Positions 16,642 through 26,413 of a stretch of DNA of 58,498 nt are shown in pieces. The stretch spans positions 62,001 through 120,498 of the IMG/VR virus record IMGVR_UViG_3300046665_000306; one strand, 5' to 3'. The stretch comes from an uncultured virus (IMG/VR IMGVR_UViG_3300046665_000306). Taxonomy: Duplodnaviria; Heunggongvirae; Uroviricota; Caudoviricetes. How positions within the stretch are numbered: the stretch's first letter is position 1; each line of letters starts with the position of its first letter. The position numbers were made by a program, and so were the translations under genes. The notes beneath the pieces are model-generated. The model was not told where the DNA came from, did not search any database, and saw only the letters and a list, made by a program, of their open reading frames with translations.

Positions 16642-17486
16642 TGACCAAAATCACATGGTTAATCGACAATCACATGTTTGATCGCAGTCCGCTGTATCGG
16701 AACATGGATGAAAATTTTAAAGAATTAGGAATTCCTTATTATTATGCCCAATACATCCCTTTCGCTGACGCGAAAGACCAAGATTATGGGCCATTCAAAG
16801 ACGGCGATCCCGTTGTGATCTACGGCTCGATTAATTTCGTCAAGAAATGTCCAAGAGTCTTCGTTCCCGGCGCTTATGGTTACACCCAAAATCGTCAGTG
16901 CAACGTCTATATGACGAATATCCCTCATGATTGGTTCCTCAACTCTGACTATATCATGCTGCCTTGGGGCGACCTTAAGGCGAGATGGAAAGAGGTTTAT
17001 GTCGATCTGCTTAAGTGCTACGAAATTTTTATCCGCCCCATGAGTGGGGATAAGAGTTTCACTGGCCAAGCCATATTCTACAGTGATTTCCTGTTCGAAG
17101 CAAATTCGACGCAGCAACTGACTTCTGTCACGGATGAGACAATCGTCATGATCGCGAAGTCGAAGAAGCAGGAAATTAAGGGTGAATTCAGATTCATCAT
17201 TGGCGCTGGTGAAGTCATCGCCGGTTCGGAATATCGTTGGGACGGAAATCTGGATATTCGTAGGGATTGGCCCGCTGAGTGTGAAGCCTTGGCAAAACAA
17301 GTAGCCGAACTTCCGTGGCAACTCGACACGGTCTACACCTGTGACGTTGCCCTGATGGCAGATGGCGTTCCTAAAATTGTGGAACTAAATGGGTTTGCCA
17401 GCGCTGGCTGGTACGCCGCAGATCAAAAGAAAATTATTTCAAGAGTGACAGAAATTGCAGAGGCTGAACATGCCGAAAACATTTGA
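16641..17486 (+). CDS. ATP-grasp domain protein (R2K/DUF4343-like)
   Basis: FIRP..GDKSFTGQ, EFRFII, YTCDVA...KIVELNGFASAGWY. Confidence 0.75.
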   Translation: MTKITWLIDNHMFDRSPLYRNMDENFKELGIPYYYAQYIPFADAKDQDYGPFKDGDPVVIYGSINFVKKCPRVFVPGAYGYTQNRQCNVYMTNIPHDWFLNSDYIMLPWGDLKARWKEVYVDLLKCYEIFIRPMSGDKSFTGQAIFYSDFLFEANSTQQLTSVTDETIVMIAKSKKQEIKGEFRFIIGAGEVIAGSEYRWDGNLDIRRDWPAECEALAKQVAELPWQLDTVYTCDVALMADGVPKIVELNGFASAGWYAADQKKIISRVTEIAEAEHAENI

Positions 17487-17660
17487 TTATGTCGTGGCTC
17501 GTCATTGGGATAATGGTTCGAAGTGTATCTACACCTATCACACTCAGGTCCATCACGGCTCGATAGAGAGTGCTAGAAACTTGCTGGATTACGTCAAACG
17601 TCGAAGTCCGGAACACAACGATTACAAAATTTATAAAATTAATTATGAGGAAGTTGAATA

Positions 17661-18485
17661 GTGGGAAGTTTTCATAAAGTCTGTGGCATCACTGGTATGA
17701 CGATTCAATGGGGCGAGCCGTGCTACGTGACACGTTTGGAGCGCCAGAAGCATGTGTATCGCCAAGGCGCTATTATTTTCAAACCGGATCAGGAGTGGCA
17801 ACCCATTTCTTTCCCACAACTCACGTCATACTATGATTATGGCAGAGTTGATGAAGATTTCAAGCCGAATCCTCTCAATGAATTTCTTGGTCTTAACGTT
17901 GAAGATGGTGAAGAAGATAGGACCATTGATACGGACGATCTTGGCGCTGAATATAGCGTGTCTGACACTCTATTCCTTATCCATCCACAGGCCTACCAGA
18001 AATTTAGCTCTAAAGTGATCGATCCTGATGACCTGTTCAACTATCGGCGTACAATCTTCGAAACGGGACCGTCTTATTTCATTGATGCGTTCGAAGAGGC
18101 TAAGAAGATGACGGAATCCGCTCTTCCCGACGATCCAGTCAAACATTACATGTTTCATATGTACCTAGAGAATTCTCACGCCTTTGGCTGGAACCATAGC
18201 AAGATTGGTTGGAAAATTTTTAATAAAATCAATGATGCTAAATCTTATGAACCGTTGGACCGCGCCGTTAGCCTTGGACTGGCAGAAGAACTTTATAAGC
18301 AATTCATCTTTGAGACCAATATGGATCAGATGTGGAAAAGTTATAGGCCTTCGAATTATGGCGGGCAATACGATAACTATGAGACCTATCTTGAATTGGC
18401 CGATGTGATGATTGAAATCGCGGCAGAGAAGCGGCTCAAGATCGATGCTGAAGATGGCGATTACGATGAAGACGAGGATTTGTGA
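17661..18485 (+). CDS. hypothetical protein
   Basis: 274-aa ORF starting MGSF..CGITG; GAGG SD. Confidence 0.7.
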   Translation: MGSFHKVCGITGMTIQWGEPCYVTRLERQKHVYRQGAIIFKPDQEWQPISFPQLTSYYDYGRVDEDFKPNPLNEFLGLNVEDGEEDRTIDTDDLGAEYSVSDTLFLIHPQAYQKFSSKVIDPDDLFNYRRTIFETGPSYFIDAFEEAKKMTESALPDDPVKHYMFHMYLENSHAFGWNHSKIGWKIFNKINDAKSYEPLDRAVSLGLAEELYKQFIFETNMDQMWKSYRPSNYGGQYDNYETYLELADVMIEIAAEKRLKIDAEDGDYDEDEDL

Positions 18486-18486
18486 C

Positions 18487-18756
18487 ATGGCAGTTCCAGT
18501 TGATTTTCCCGGCGCTAACCTAACCCTTGGTCCACCGAAAGGTATGACTGAGGAAGAGGTACGCAGCATGCCGGTCCATCATGCAAAGAATCACTTCATT
18601 TCTTGTTGGTATTTATCCGATTCTGAGATCGAAGAGATAGTCAGGACTCGCTGCGTTTGGCAAACTTTGATGGGTAGCGGGGCTCAACCAAGCTTCATTA
18701 GTGGCTCCTTAAATGATGTGATTGATCTAGTTTATGACCAAAACGAGGCAATTTAG
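18487..18756 (+). CDS. hypothetical phage protein
   Basis: PVDFPGAN...ISCW.L...E motif; start at ATG 18487. Confidence 0.6.
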   Translation: MAVPVDFPGANLTLGPPKGMTEEEVRSMPVHHAKNHFISCWYLSDSEIEEIVRTRCVWQTLMGSGAQPSFISGSLNDVIDLVYDQNEAI

Positions 18757-18929
18757 GCGTGACGCCAACCTCTCCTCGAAAATAAATCCATGCATTTTCA
18801 AAGACTTATGAAAAAGTAATCAAAAGAGGTTACTTTTCACGGAACATTTCTTTATGTTATCCATTATTCCGTCAGACAAACGCAAGGGGCGGTGTCACAA
18901 ACAACGGAAACGAAACAGGAGAAAATGTC

Positions 18930-19358
18930 ATGGCTACTGCAATCAATGAACTGAAGTCGATCAAGGTAAACGAAATCGCATGGAGCGGTCGCGCCGCCGC
19001 TGCGCTGAAGAATGGCGGCTTGCTGGATAAGACTCTGGCTGATGTTGACAACATCAAGGATGATGAGCTTCTGTCCATCAATCGTATGGGTCGTGGCTCT
19101 CTTGGCGAGATTCGCCAGAAGATCGTCCAAGCCGGTGCGAGGGCTCGTGAAGAAAAGATGAAGCAGGATATGGATCAGCGCAACGCTGATTTCAATACCG
19201 GCAACAACACCAATGATCAGCCTGTGCCGGATCGGCGTGAAATCAAGGTCAGGTCGAACAGTTCCGTCGAGGATAAGGTCATGGAATTCGCCAAAACCCA
19301 CCCTTCGATCATCAATTCGATCATCAACGAAGAAGTGATTTTGGTCCCCCGGCTGTAA
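18930..19358 (+). CDS. RNA polymerase alpha-subunit C-terminal-domain-like protein
   Basis: WSGRAAAALKNGGL..TLADV....DELLSINRMGRGSLGEIRQKI resembles alpha-CTD LSVRsxNcLk...LL...NfGrKSLxEI; AGGAG SD; followed by a terminator. Confidence 0.75.
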   Translation: MATAINELKSIKVNEIAWSGRAAAALKNGGLLDKTLADVDNIKDDELLSINRMGRGSLGEIRQKIVQAGARAREEKMKQDMDQRNADFNTGNNTNDQPVPDRREIKVRSNSSVEDKVMEFAKTHPSIINSIINEEVILVPRL

Positions 19359-19392
19359 CATTTCTATTGACATTCACGAAACGTTCTGATAC

Positions 19393-19426
19393 AAAACTCC
19401 CCATATTGATTTATGGGGAGTTTTTT
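19393..19426 (+). terminator. intrinsic (possibly bidirectional) terminator
   Basis: AAAACTCCCCATA/TATGGGGAGTTTT inverted repeat plus T-run. Confidence 0.7.
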
Positions 19427-19742
19427 ATTGGCTACGAAGTTCTTATTTAACAACCTCCCCGCCTATCAAGAAGGGCGATTCGCCCTTGTTAAAAATTCCG
19501 ACGATGGATTGTGGTATATTTATCACATTATGTCAGGGTTGAAAGCGATGTGGATCATCCCTCCTTTCAAGCAGAAACGCGATGCTCTTGTTTTTGCTCA
19601 ACATTTGGATCAAGCACCGATTGATTGGAATGTCAATAGTGAGATTCAACTACTTGAGAAGAACGACGCGAATCAGCTACACACAATTATGTCGCGAATT
19701 TCTCGCGCCATGAGACAACATAGGCTCAACGGGGGTTCTTAA
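19413..19742 (+). CDS. hypothetical protein
   Basis: ORF; start uncertain. Confidence 0.5.
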   Translation: MGSFLLATKFLFNNLPAYQEGRFALVKNSDDGLWYIYHIMSGLKAMWIIPPFKQKRDALVFAQHLDQAPIDWNVNSEIQLLEKNDANQLHTIMSRISRAMRQHRLNGGS

Positions 19743-19745
19743 GAA

Positions 19746-19982
19746 ATGGCGCGATTTACTGCTTTTGTTACCTACAGAAAGACGGATGATGTAAATGACA
19801 GTATTGTTTTCGACTTTGAAGAAGAGGGACAACTAGGCGAGGAATTGGAGAAACGGCATATCAGTCTTTTCAATATCGTAGGTAGAATGGAGCTTCTGTA
19901 TAACGGTCATATGGGCAACCCTATCTCCATGGCGCAGTGTTTCGCAGAAGGCGACTTCGAACCAATTGGTGCAATGCATTAA
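19746..19982 (+). CDS. hypothetical protein
   Basis: Tiled ORF. Confidence 0.55.
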   Translation: MARFTAFVTYRKTDDVNDSIVFDFEEEGQLGEELEKRHISLFNIVGRMELLYNGHMGNPISMAQCFAEGDFEPIGAMH

Positions 19983-19994
19983 CATTTTCTTCTT

Positions 19995-20038
19995 GCCCTC
20001 TTCCTGAGCGAAACTCGTGACGGAAGAGGGTCTTTTTT
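19995..20038 (+). terminator. intrinsic terminator
   Basis: GCCCTCTTCC...GGAAGAGGGT stem followed by T6. Confidence 0.6.
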
Positions 20039-20058
20039 CATTTAAGGAATAACATTAT

Positions 20059-20469
20059 ATGACTATTAGAAATAATTGCGAATGGCTGTTTCAAGGCTCA
20101 CTCCTAGCCGTGGCTAGGGTGAATAAGGTTGGCGAAATCTGGCTCACCATGACAGGCGGGAAAGACCCATTTGACCCTCGAAAAATTGGCGACACATGGC
20201 TGTGGGAGAGCACTGAAGAAAGATTTTTGAGCCAGTGGGTCTTTGTTAAAGAAATCGAGCCGGAAGTGGGCGAAGGTACGGATGACAGAGAACCGCTGAT
20301 CGAAACGTGGCTCATCGTGTGCCGTTTCGCTGATGGAGTTGATTACCATAATGGCTTTTTCACTTCCAAGGAGGAGGCTCAACTAGCCTATGATGAAGAG
20401 CCTTACGACATTGTCACAGGCGAGCGCGTAGAACTGCTCGACATTGTCAGGGTGCCATATTATGGCTAG
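20059..20469 (+). CDS. hypothetical protein
   Basis: AAGGA SD; 136 aa. Confidence 0.6.
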   Translation: MTIRNNCEWLFQGSLLAVARVNKVGEIWLTMTGGKDPFDPRKIGDTWLWESTEERFLSQWVFVKEIEPEVGEGTDDREPLIETWLIVCRFADGVDYHNGFFTSKEEAQLAYDEEPYDIVTGERVELLDIVRVPYYG

Positions 20470-21106
20470 ACAGCTGACCCGCGTCATTGGCGATGTTCAT
20501 GGCAAATATGATCAATACAAAAAGATCATCAAAGGCACGACTCGATCCATTCAAGTCGGAGATATGGGCGTAGGCTTTCGATCCTATAATTTTGAGAGAG
20601 AATTGGTGCGCAGCGCCAATCCTCCTCATGACTTGATGATTAAGCACGGTGCCCGATACATTAGGGGCAACCATGACAATCCCAATGTGTGCCGCATGGA
20701 TAAAAAGTGGATTCCAGATGGCACGGTCGAAGATGATGTGATGTTTATCGGCGGCGCAACATCAATCGACAAAGCTTATCGGACTGAAGGCCTGTCATGG
20801 TGGGCCGATGAAGAATGTGCATACAACGATCTTCAATCGTTTATTGATACAGCGGCTGTACATAAACCACGAGTCCTTATCACCCACGAATGTCCAGAAT
20901 TCATTGCTGATGGGATTTTAGCTGCGGTCAATAGGACAAAGCTGGAAGACCCTAGCAGGACTAGGCAGGCGTTACAGATAATGAGAGACTACCACAAACC
21001 AGAGACGCACATTTTTGGCCATTGGCACGTAGATATCGATCAAGTCATTGATGGCACGAGATTTATTTGTTTAAACGAACTAAGTTACATAGATTTGGAA
21101 CTATGA
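20462..21106 (+). CDS. calcineurin-like metallophosphoesterase
   Basis: GDVHG, GDMG, RGNHD, THECP, FGHWH motifs. Confidence 0.9.
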   Translation: MARQLTRVIGDVHGKYDQYKKIIKGTTRSIQVGDMGVGFRSYNFERELVRSANPPHDLMIKHGARYIRGNHDNPNVCRMDKKWIPDGTVEDDVMFIGGATSIDKAYRTEGLSWWADEECAYNDLQSFIDTAAVHKPRVLITHECPEFIADGILAAVNRTKLEDPSRTRQALQIMRDYHKPETHIFGHWHVDIDQVIDGTRFICLNELSYIDLEL

Positions 21107-21672
21107 AAATAGAATTAACTCAAGATATCCTAAAAGAACTGTTACATTACGAACCTCATACTGGCCATTTTTATTGGAAATTCAGAGACAAAAAATGGTT
21201 TGATAACCCAACTGGACCGGGATCAGCTAGTTGGAACAGTCGTTATGCCTATACTAAGGCCTTTACTTTAAATGATAAAGATGGTTACAAACTTGGGACC
21301 ATTTTCACAAAAAGGTATAGAGCGCATAATATTGCTTGGCTTTACGTTTATGGTTCATGGCCAAATGGAATCATTGATCACATCAATGGGAAACCTTGGG
21401 ATAATCGAATAGAGAATTTGCGGGATGTAACAAAACTAGAAAACGATAAGAATCAGTCTCTAGCTAAAAATAATAAAAGCGGCATTATTGGAGTGGATTT
21501 TTGGCCTTCTGCTTCACCTCCTAAACAGTGGGTTGCCCGTATCTCAACAGGAGATGGCAAGCGTAAATTTTTAGGCTATTTCCTAACTAAAGAAGAAGCA
21601 GCGGAAGCCAGAGCCAAAGCAGAAATTGAATATGGCTATCACGAAAACCATGGAAAACGAAAATGTCAGTAA
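21103..21672 (+). CDS. HNH homing endonuclease with C-terminal AP2-like DNA-binding domain
   Basis: AHNIAW, IDHINGKPWDNRIENLR, N.SG..GV..W.ARI...LGYF...EEAA.AR. Confidence 0.9.
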   Translation: MKIELTQDILKELLHYEPHTGHFYWKFRDKKWFDNPTGPGSASWNSRYAYTKAFTLNDKDGYKLGTIFTKRYRAHNIAWLYVYGSWPNGIIDHINGKPWDNRIENLRDVTKLENDKNQSLAKNNKSGIIGVDFWPSASPPKQWVARISTGDGKRKFLGYFLTKEEAAEARAKAEIEYGYHENHGKRKCQ

Positions 21673-21887
21673 TTGATTTTAATCTTTTTAAAGCTAAAGT
21701 TGAAACGAATCCTAAACTTTATAACAAAGAGACGGAAGAATTTTGCTACACCATTGAGTATTTTCACGACGGCAGGAAATTTGTGACCGACCTTTGGGCC
21801 AAGACGTGGACCGACGCGGAACTTAAACTGAAGTCAATTCAAGATACAGCGGTTGTGGTAGGAAAATTAGTTGAGCGAGAGGATTGA
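21663..21887 (+). CDS. hypothetical protein
   Basis: Tiled ORF. Confidence 0.55.
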   Translation: MSVIDFNLFKAKVETNPKLYNKETEEFCYTIEYFHDGRKFVTDLWAKTWTDAELKLKSIQDTAVVVGKLVERED

Positions 21888-21980
21888 CACGTGCTCATAA
21901 TCATTTTACTAAGCATCATTGTCTATTTATTGGTTGAGATAAGAGACAGAATGAAAAAGTAAACCGCAAAGGAGATTTAG

Positions 21981-22628
21981 ATGAATAAGTATTGGGGCAG
22001 CTTGAATTGGGGCACGATCCTCACAGTGATCACTTACGCCATCGGCTCAGTATTGGGTCTGGTTGATGTGCATAATTTTAACTATGTCGAATTTTTCGCG
22101 ATCTGGACCAGCTATGTTTGCACCCTGATGTGCGTGTTCCAGACGAGGTGGAATTACCCGCTCGGCGCGGTTTCTACCATTCTCTACGCCATTCTATCTT
22201 ATCAAGCCAATCTCCCCGCCGTTGGGCTGTTCAACATTCTCCTATCGATCAATTTGATTTATGGCTGGTTCCGTTGGCGCAGCGATGATGTGACTCGGCC
22301 CGTTACCAATCCTAATGCGGCATGGTGGCTCGGATATGTCGGGATCGGGTTGGCCACTTATCTGATCCTAACCATTGTCAATGGTTACTTTGGCTACGAC
22401 CAGACTTGGGTAGACGTTACTACAGCTGTAGTTTATGCCGTGGCTCAAGCCATGCTCGACAACAAACATCGCACATCGTGGACCGTATTCTTTGTCCTCA
22501 ATGTCTTGTCGATCTACCTTTATTTCAAGCAGGAAGCTTATTTCGTGGTTATCCAATACGTTTACTTCCTCGGAAATACACTTTATGGTCATTTTGAATG
22601 GCGTAAGTCAGAAGAAGTTTTCAATTAA
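21981..22628 (+). CDS. pnuC: nicotinamide riboside transporter PnuC
   Basis: Multi-TM; WNYPLG, YGWFRW, D...AV..VAQ.ML, W..F..LN, YG...W motifs; nadR nearby. Confidence 0.85.
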   Translation: MNKYWGSLNWGTILTVITYAIGSVLGLVDVHNFNYVEFFAIWTSYVCTLMCVFQTRWNYPLGAVSTILYAILSYQANLPAVGLFNILLSINLIYGWFRWRSDDVTRPVTNPNAAWWLGYVGIGLATYLILTIVNGYFGYDQTWVDVTTAVVYAVAQAMLDNKHRTSWTVFFVLNVLSIYLYFKQEAYFVVIQYVYFLGNTLYGHFEWRKSEEVFN

Positions 22629-22632
22629 ATCA

Positions 22633-22661
22633 TTGACAGTAGCCCCTAACGGGGCTACACT
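22633..22661 (+). promoter_or_regulatory. sigma70-type promoter with an 8-bp hairpin in the spacer
   Basis: TTGACA-17 nt-TACACT; GTAGCCCC/GGGGCTAC inverted repeat. Confidence 0.6.
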
Positions 22662-22680
22662 GCTATCTAGATAAAGGAGG

Positions 22681-22896
22681 GTGTTTATGCTGAGATTTCT
22701 AATAATTTACGGCCTCGTCGCCTTTGGTACTTGGGCCGGATATGACAGAATTTATAGAGAGGCTTGCCCTTCGGAGAAGTTCTCATACGGTCCTGTCACG
22801 GCGGGAATTGCATGGCCCTTCTTCGCCGGTCTAGCCATTGCCAGCGCCACCACTGATAGGATTTCCAATCCTGTCACTTGTGACAATAAATTTTAA
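22681..22896 (+). CDS. small membrane protein
   Basis: AAGGAGG SD; two hydrophobic segments. Confidence 0.6.
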   Translation: MFMLRFLIIYGLVAFGTWAGYDRIYREACPSEKFSYGPVTAGIAWPFFAGLAIASATTDRISNPVTCDNKF

Positions 22897-22905
22897 AAGG
22901 AGGTT

Positions 22906-23124
22906 TTGATGCGTTATAAGAAATGGACCAGTGCATATCTTCTTAACGAAGCGTTGGAATCTCCCACGATGAAAGCAGAAGTCACGGTTAACGGCGAAAC
23001 TATTGCTGTCAGCGCCGTGACAGAGCTTGAAACATTTGGCGTGACTTGGAAGCGTAACGGCGTTCTTGTCACGGAAGAAGATGCGGCAGAAGTTTTGGCT
23101 CGATGGGCCGTGGAAGGAGTTTAA
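22906..23124 (+). CDS. hypothetical protein
   Basis: AGGAGG SD. Confidence 0.55.
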   Translation: MMRYKKWTSAYLLNEALESPTMKAEVTVNGETIAVSAVTELETFGVTWKRNGVLVTEEDAAEVLARWAVEGV

Positions 23125-23129
23125 ATTTT

Positions 23130-23603
23130 ATGACGAGAGACGAAGTTAAAGCGAATCGAATCAAGTGGGCCAATTTCCTTCTCAATAAGAAGAGGAAGAA
23201 GGCTACCGGCATACTTGATAAGGGCGACGGTGCTAGATGCTGTTTGGGCCACGGCGCGTACTGCTTAGGCGTGTCTCGTCACAGACTTGGTGAAACGTAT
23301 GTCACGAGTTTCGAGTATGGAGATGGGCGCGCAACATATTCCGCTCCTTCTGAATTGGTAGACCTTGTCGGACTGTGGGACAGTGATGGCATGACTGAAG
23401 GCGAGGATTTAGTTATTGATGGTCTTAACTTTTCTTCACTAGCCTCTGCCAATGATGCTGATAGGCATTATGCCTTTGAAACAGGCGTTGAAAGCAGAGA
23501 AATAAACATCACTCCTCAAATGATTGGGACATATCTCCTCACCGTGATCGAAGGCGGCGACGATACTCCATTCCGCCCACTGTCGGAGTATCCCGAAGTA
23601 TGA
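23130..23603 (+). CDS. hypothetical protein (W..xL...G.L....CCLG family), paralog of 28460-28801
   Basis: Shared CCLG motif and C-terminal ND. Confidence 0.65.
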   Translation: MTRDEVKANRIKWANFLLNKKRKKATGILDKGDGARCCLGHGAYCLGVSRHRLGETYVTSFEYGDGRATYSAPSELVDLVGLWDSDGMTEGEDLVIDGLNFSSLASANDADRHYAFETGVESREINITPQMIGTYLLTVIEGGDDTPFRPLSEYPEV

Positions 23604-24613
23604 CCACAACAGGACTATGCGTGATCAGTGGCCTCTTGCCGACACGTGGTCATCAATATCTAATTGATTTTGGTTCTAAATTCGTGGATCGGCTCCATGT
23701 CATTGTCTGTATCAGGTCGTTTGAACCACGACTCACTCTGGATCGAGCCGAAGTTTTGGCACAGCATTATGCTGGAACGAATGTAACGATCCACGAGCAC
23801 TACGCCGATGATGCGCCTCAGAATGATGATGGCACGCCTGAGTTTTGGGACTATTGGTCCAATCTCGTCAACAAAGCCATCACGAAGCGTAAAAAGATTG
23901 ATTACTTCTTCGCCTCGGAAAAATACGGCGCGCGCTTCGCTGAAGCTCTTGGCATCACCTTTGTCCCGGTAGATATTGGCAGGGAAATCCTAAGCGTTAC
24001 AGGGACAGGTGTCAGGAAAAATCTGGCTGAAAATTTTAAATACATTCTGCCTGAGTATCAAAACCGTTTGGCCAAGACTGTGTGCCTCTACGGTCAAGAA
24101 TCAGTAGGTAAAACCACTATGTCTAAGTGGCTCGCCAATAAGTTGGAAGGCCGTTGGATTCACGAATGGGCCAGACCTTATCTTGAAGAAGTCGGCGCTG
24201 AGATAACGGATGAAAAAATGTTAAACATTGTGCGTGGCCAGTACGCAGCGATGATTTCCGCACCTATGGCATTGTTTAATATAAGAGATACTGATCTCCT
24301 TTCCACTATTGGTTATTATAAAATCTATGGCGGAACTATGCCTGAAGAACTTATCCAAAAATTTAACTTGACAAAGAGTGATCTTTATGTAATGTTAAAT
24401 GACAATATCCCTTTCGAGCCTGATCCTTTGAGATACGGCGGTGATAAGAGGGAAAGTGAGATGCAGTTCTGGATCGACCTGTTGGACGAATATGACTGCA
24501 AATATCATGTCGTGGACAGCACTGATATTAAAAAGCAACGCAAAGAAGTTGTAGAAGCTGTTTATGATTTTTTCACCGATCTACGCGAGATAGAGGAATT
24601 TATTCGTGACTGA
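23600..24613 (+). CDS. nadR: NadR-type bifunctional NMN adenylyltransferase / ribosylnicotinamide kinase
   Basis: PTRGHQYLI (HIGH-like), FASEKYG, SVTGTGVR; kinase GQESVGKTT, EWARPYL, DTD, DPLRYG. Confidence 0.9.
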   Translation: MTTTGLCVISGLLPTRGHQYLIDFGSKFVDRLHVIVCIRSFEPRLTLDRAEVLAQHYAGTNVTIHEHYADDAPQNDDGTPEFWDYWSNLVNKAITKRKKIDYFFASEKYGARFAEALGITFVPVDIGREILSVTGTGVRKNLAENFKYILPEYQNRLAKTVCLYGQESVGKTTMSKWLANKLEGRWIHEWARPYLEEVGAEITDEKMLNIVRGQYAAMISAPMALFNIRDTDLLSTIGYYKIYGGTMPEELIQKFNLTKSDLYVMLNDNIPFEPDPLRYGGDKRESEMQFWIDLLDEYDCKYHVVDSTDIKKQRKEVVEAVYDFFTDLREIEEFIRD

Positions 24614-24938
24614 ATTCATTAGAGGTGACAAAGTTATCTTTGTCGATCCAGAACATAAATACGGCGGCTGGAATTTCACTGTGGGTAGGACCTATACCGT
24701 TGGTGGTAAGTATTTTCCATCAGACGACGGGTATTTAGGGATTATGGCGGACGACAGCGGCTCTCCTAATGGACATTTGCTAAAGTTCTTCGTCTCAGCG
24801 CCAGTTGTGGACCAAACTTTTTGCTCTTGGTGGAACGAATACTATCCTCAAGAATATGGCCACAACGCCGAATTTAGGAAGATTGTGGAACGACACGCAG
24901 AAGCAGCCTATGTGGCGGGAAAGCGCCACGGCTCGTAA
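24606..24938 (+). CDS. hypothetical protein
   Basis: Tiled ORF. Confidence 0.55.
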   Translation: MTEFIRGDKVIFVDPEHKYGGWNFTVGRTYTVGGKYFPSDDGYLGIMADDSGSPNGHLLKFFVSAPVVDQTFCSWWNEYYPQEYGHNAEFRKIVERHAEAAYVAGKRHGS

Positions 24939-24959
24939 CCAACAAATAGGAACTTTGAT

Positions 24960-25370
24960 ATGAACTACAAATGGCTTACCTTCAACTGCGTCACGCTCTT
25001 TATCGTGGCCTTTCTGATCCAGTTTTATGATGGATTTAATCAACTACTAGCTCTGGATCACACCTACGTCTCATTATTCATTGTAGCTCAATATGTTGCG
25101 ATCAGCACCTATCTAGGCATCAAGAAAGAAGCCTCTAATTTCAACGCAGTCAGATACTATGCCAATATGCTTCCGCTAATTGGAATGGTTGGAACGCTTA
25201 CCGCTGTGATGTTGGTTATGTACGAAGCTCAGATATCAGGCGCGAAAACAATCGCGGATTTTCACGGCCTCTTCTCAATGTTCACCACAACACTCTTTGG
25301 TGTGTTCTTCCTAGGCATGTCCAAGTTTCAGCTTGGTCTAGCATTTGGAGAGTACAAAGATGCTGACTAA
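24960..25370 (+). CDS. MotA/TolQ/ExbB-like proton-channel membrane protein
   Basis: Four TM segments; PLIGMVGT and F.TTLFG motifs typical of ExbB/TolQ. Confidence 0.7.
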   Translation: MNYKWLTFNCVTLFIVAFLIQFYDGFNQLLALDHTYVSLFIVAQYVAISTYLGIKKEASNFNAVRYYANMLPLIGMVGTLTAVMLVMYEAQISGAKTIADFHGLFSMFTTTLFGVFFLGMSKFQLGLAFGEYKDAD

Positions 25371-25947
25371 ATCACTATCAGTCTCGTACATCGACTTCCT
25401 TTGGGCTTTATGTGGCGTCTTTCTCCTCCTGTTCTTAATTTCTGACGTTCAGGTAGAGAAGGCGAAGGGGAATATCATTGATCCGGCCCAATTCCTAGTG
25501 GAAATGACATGGACCGATGATAGCCCCAACGATATTGACCTCTGGATGAGTAATCCTAACAACGATATTGTCTACTACCACACCAGAGAAATCGGCGGAA
25601 TGACCCTAGACACAGACAATCTAGGTAGAAATAATACTTTTACTGATCCAGCTGGTAATCTGATTGTCAATCACACACGTCGCGAAGTTGCTAGTATTAG
25701 AGCAGTAATGGCAGGTACGTATACCGTCAATGTGATGCTTTTTGATAAAGTAACCAAAGGATCAGAAACGGTCAAGATCAGGGTTTTCAAGTTGAATCCT
25801 TATAAAGATATTATTGAAAAAGTGGTCGTGCTAGAAACGGTCAAGCAAGAATCCACCATATTACAGTTTGATGTTGATAAGGACGGCAATTTTATCAGTA
25901 AATCCGAAGCTGAACAGATTTCTCTCTTTGCGAGGTTGAAGGCATGA
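25360..25947 (+). CDS. ExbD/MotB-like single-TM protein with periplasmic beta domain
   Basis: N-terminal TM with conserved-type Asp (SYIDFLWAL..VFLLLF); W...NDIDLW..P...LD.D...E..GTYTVNV domain. Confidence 0.65.
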   Translation: MLTKSLSVSYIDFLWALCGVFLLLFLISDVQVEKAKGNIIDPAQFLVEMTWTDDSPNDIDLWMSNPNNDIVYYHTREIGGMTLDTDNLGRNNTFTDPAGNLIVNHTRREVASIRAVMAGTYTVNVMLFDKVTKGSETVKIRVFKLNPYKDIIEKVVVLETVKQESTILQFDVDKDGNFISKSEAEQISLFARLKA

Positions 25948-26411
25948 TTATCCCATCGATCATTATTCTCGGACTTCTACTTGTCACAGTTTTTGTTGGA
26001 TTTAAATATAACTGGAAACTCTCACTAGCTATTTTCATTCCAATGCTTTATCTCGGTTATTGGACCGTAGCCACTCAGGTTCCAAAATACTTTGGCTATG
26101 CCGTGCCAATCAATTTCGCTGAAATGGAAAATCAGGCCTTATTGATCAGCGGTTATGATGGCGGTAAACTTATTTACCTGCTCATCATAGAGAAAGGCAT
26201 CAAGGAACCACGCCTCGTCAGTATGCCAAATAATGACGAAAATAGGGCAATATTTAACGAACTTACCAAAAAAATCAAAAACGGGCAAGCCGCCATTATT
26301 AAGAAAAACAATAAAAAAGGCGAAAAGGGTAAGGGCGATGGTCAATCCAGTATGGGCGATATTGAAGGTGTAGAGATGAAGGATCAAAATATCCTTCAAA
26401 AGGAGGGATAA
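25944..26411 (+). CDS. membrane protein, third gene of the ExbB/D-like triad
   Basis: Two N-terminal TMs; IYLL...EPR motif; overlapping start/stop. Confidence 0.65.
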   Translation: MIIPSIIILGLLLVTVFVGFKYNWKLSLAIFIPMLYLGYWTVATQVPKYFGYAVPINFAEMENQALLISGYDGGKLIYLLIIEKGIKEPRLVSMPNNDENRAIFNELTKKIKNGQAAIIKKNNKKGEKGKGDGQSSMGDIEGVEMKDQNILQKEG

Positions 26412-26413
26412 TC

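Noticed and set aside
21103..21672. Intron-encoded homing endonuclease interrupting a gene
   Set aside because: The flanking ORFs are complete and overlap the HNH gene directly, leaving no room for intron core sequence; it is treated as free-standing.
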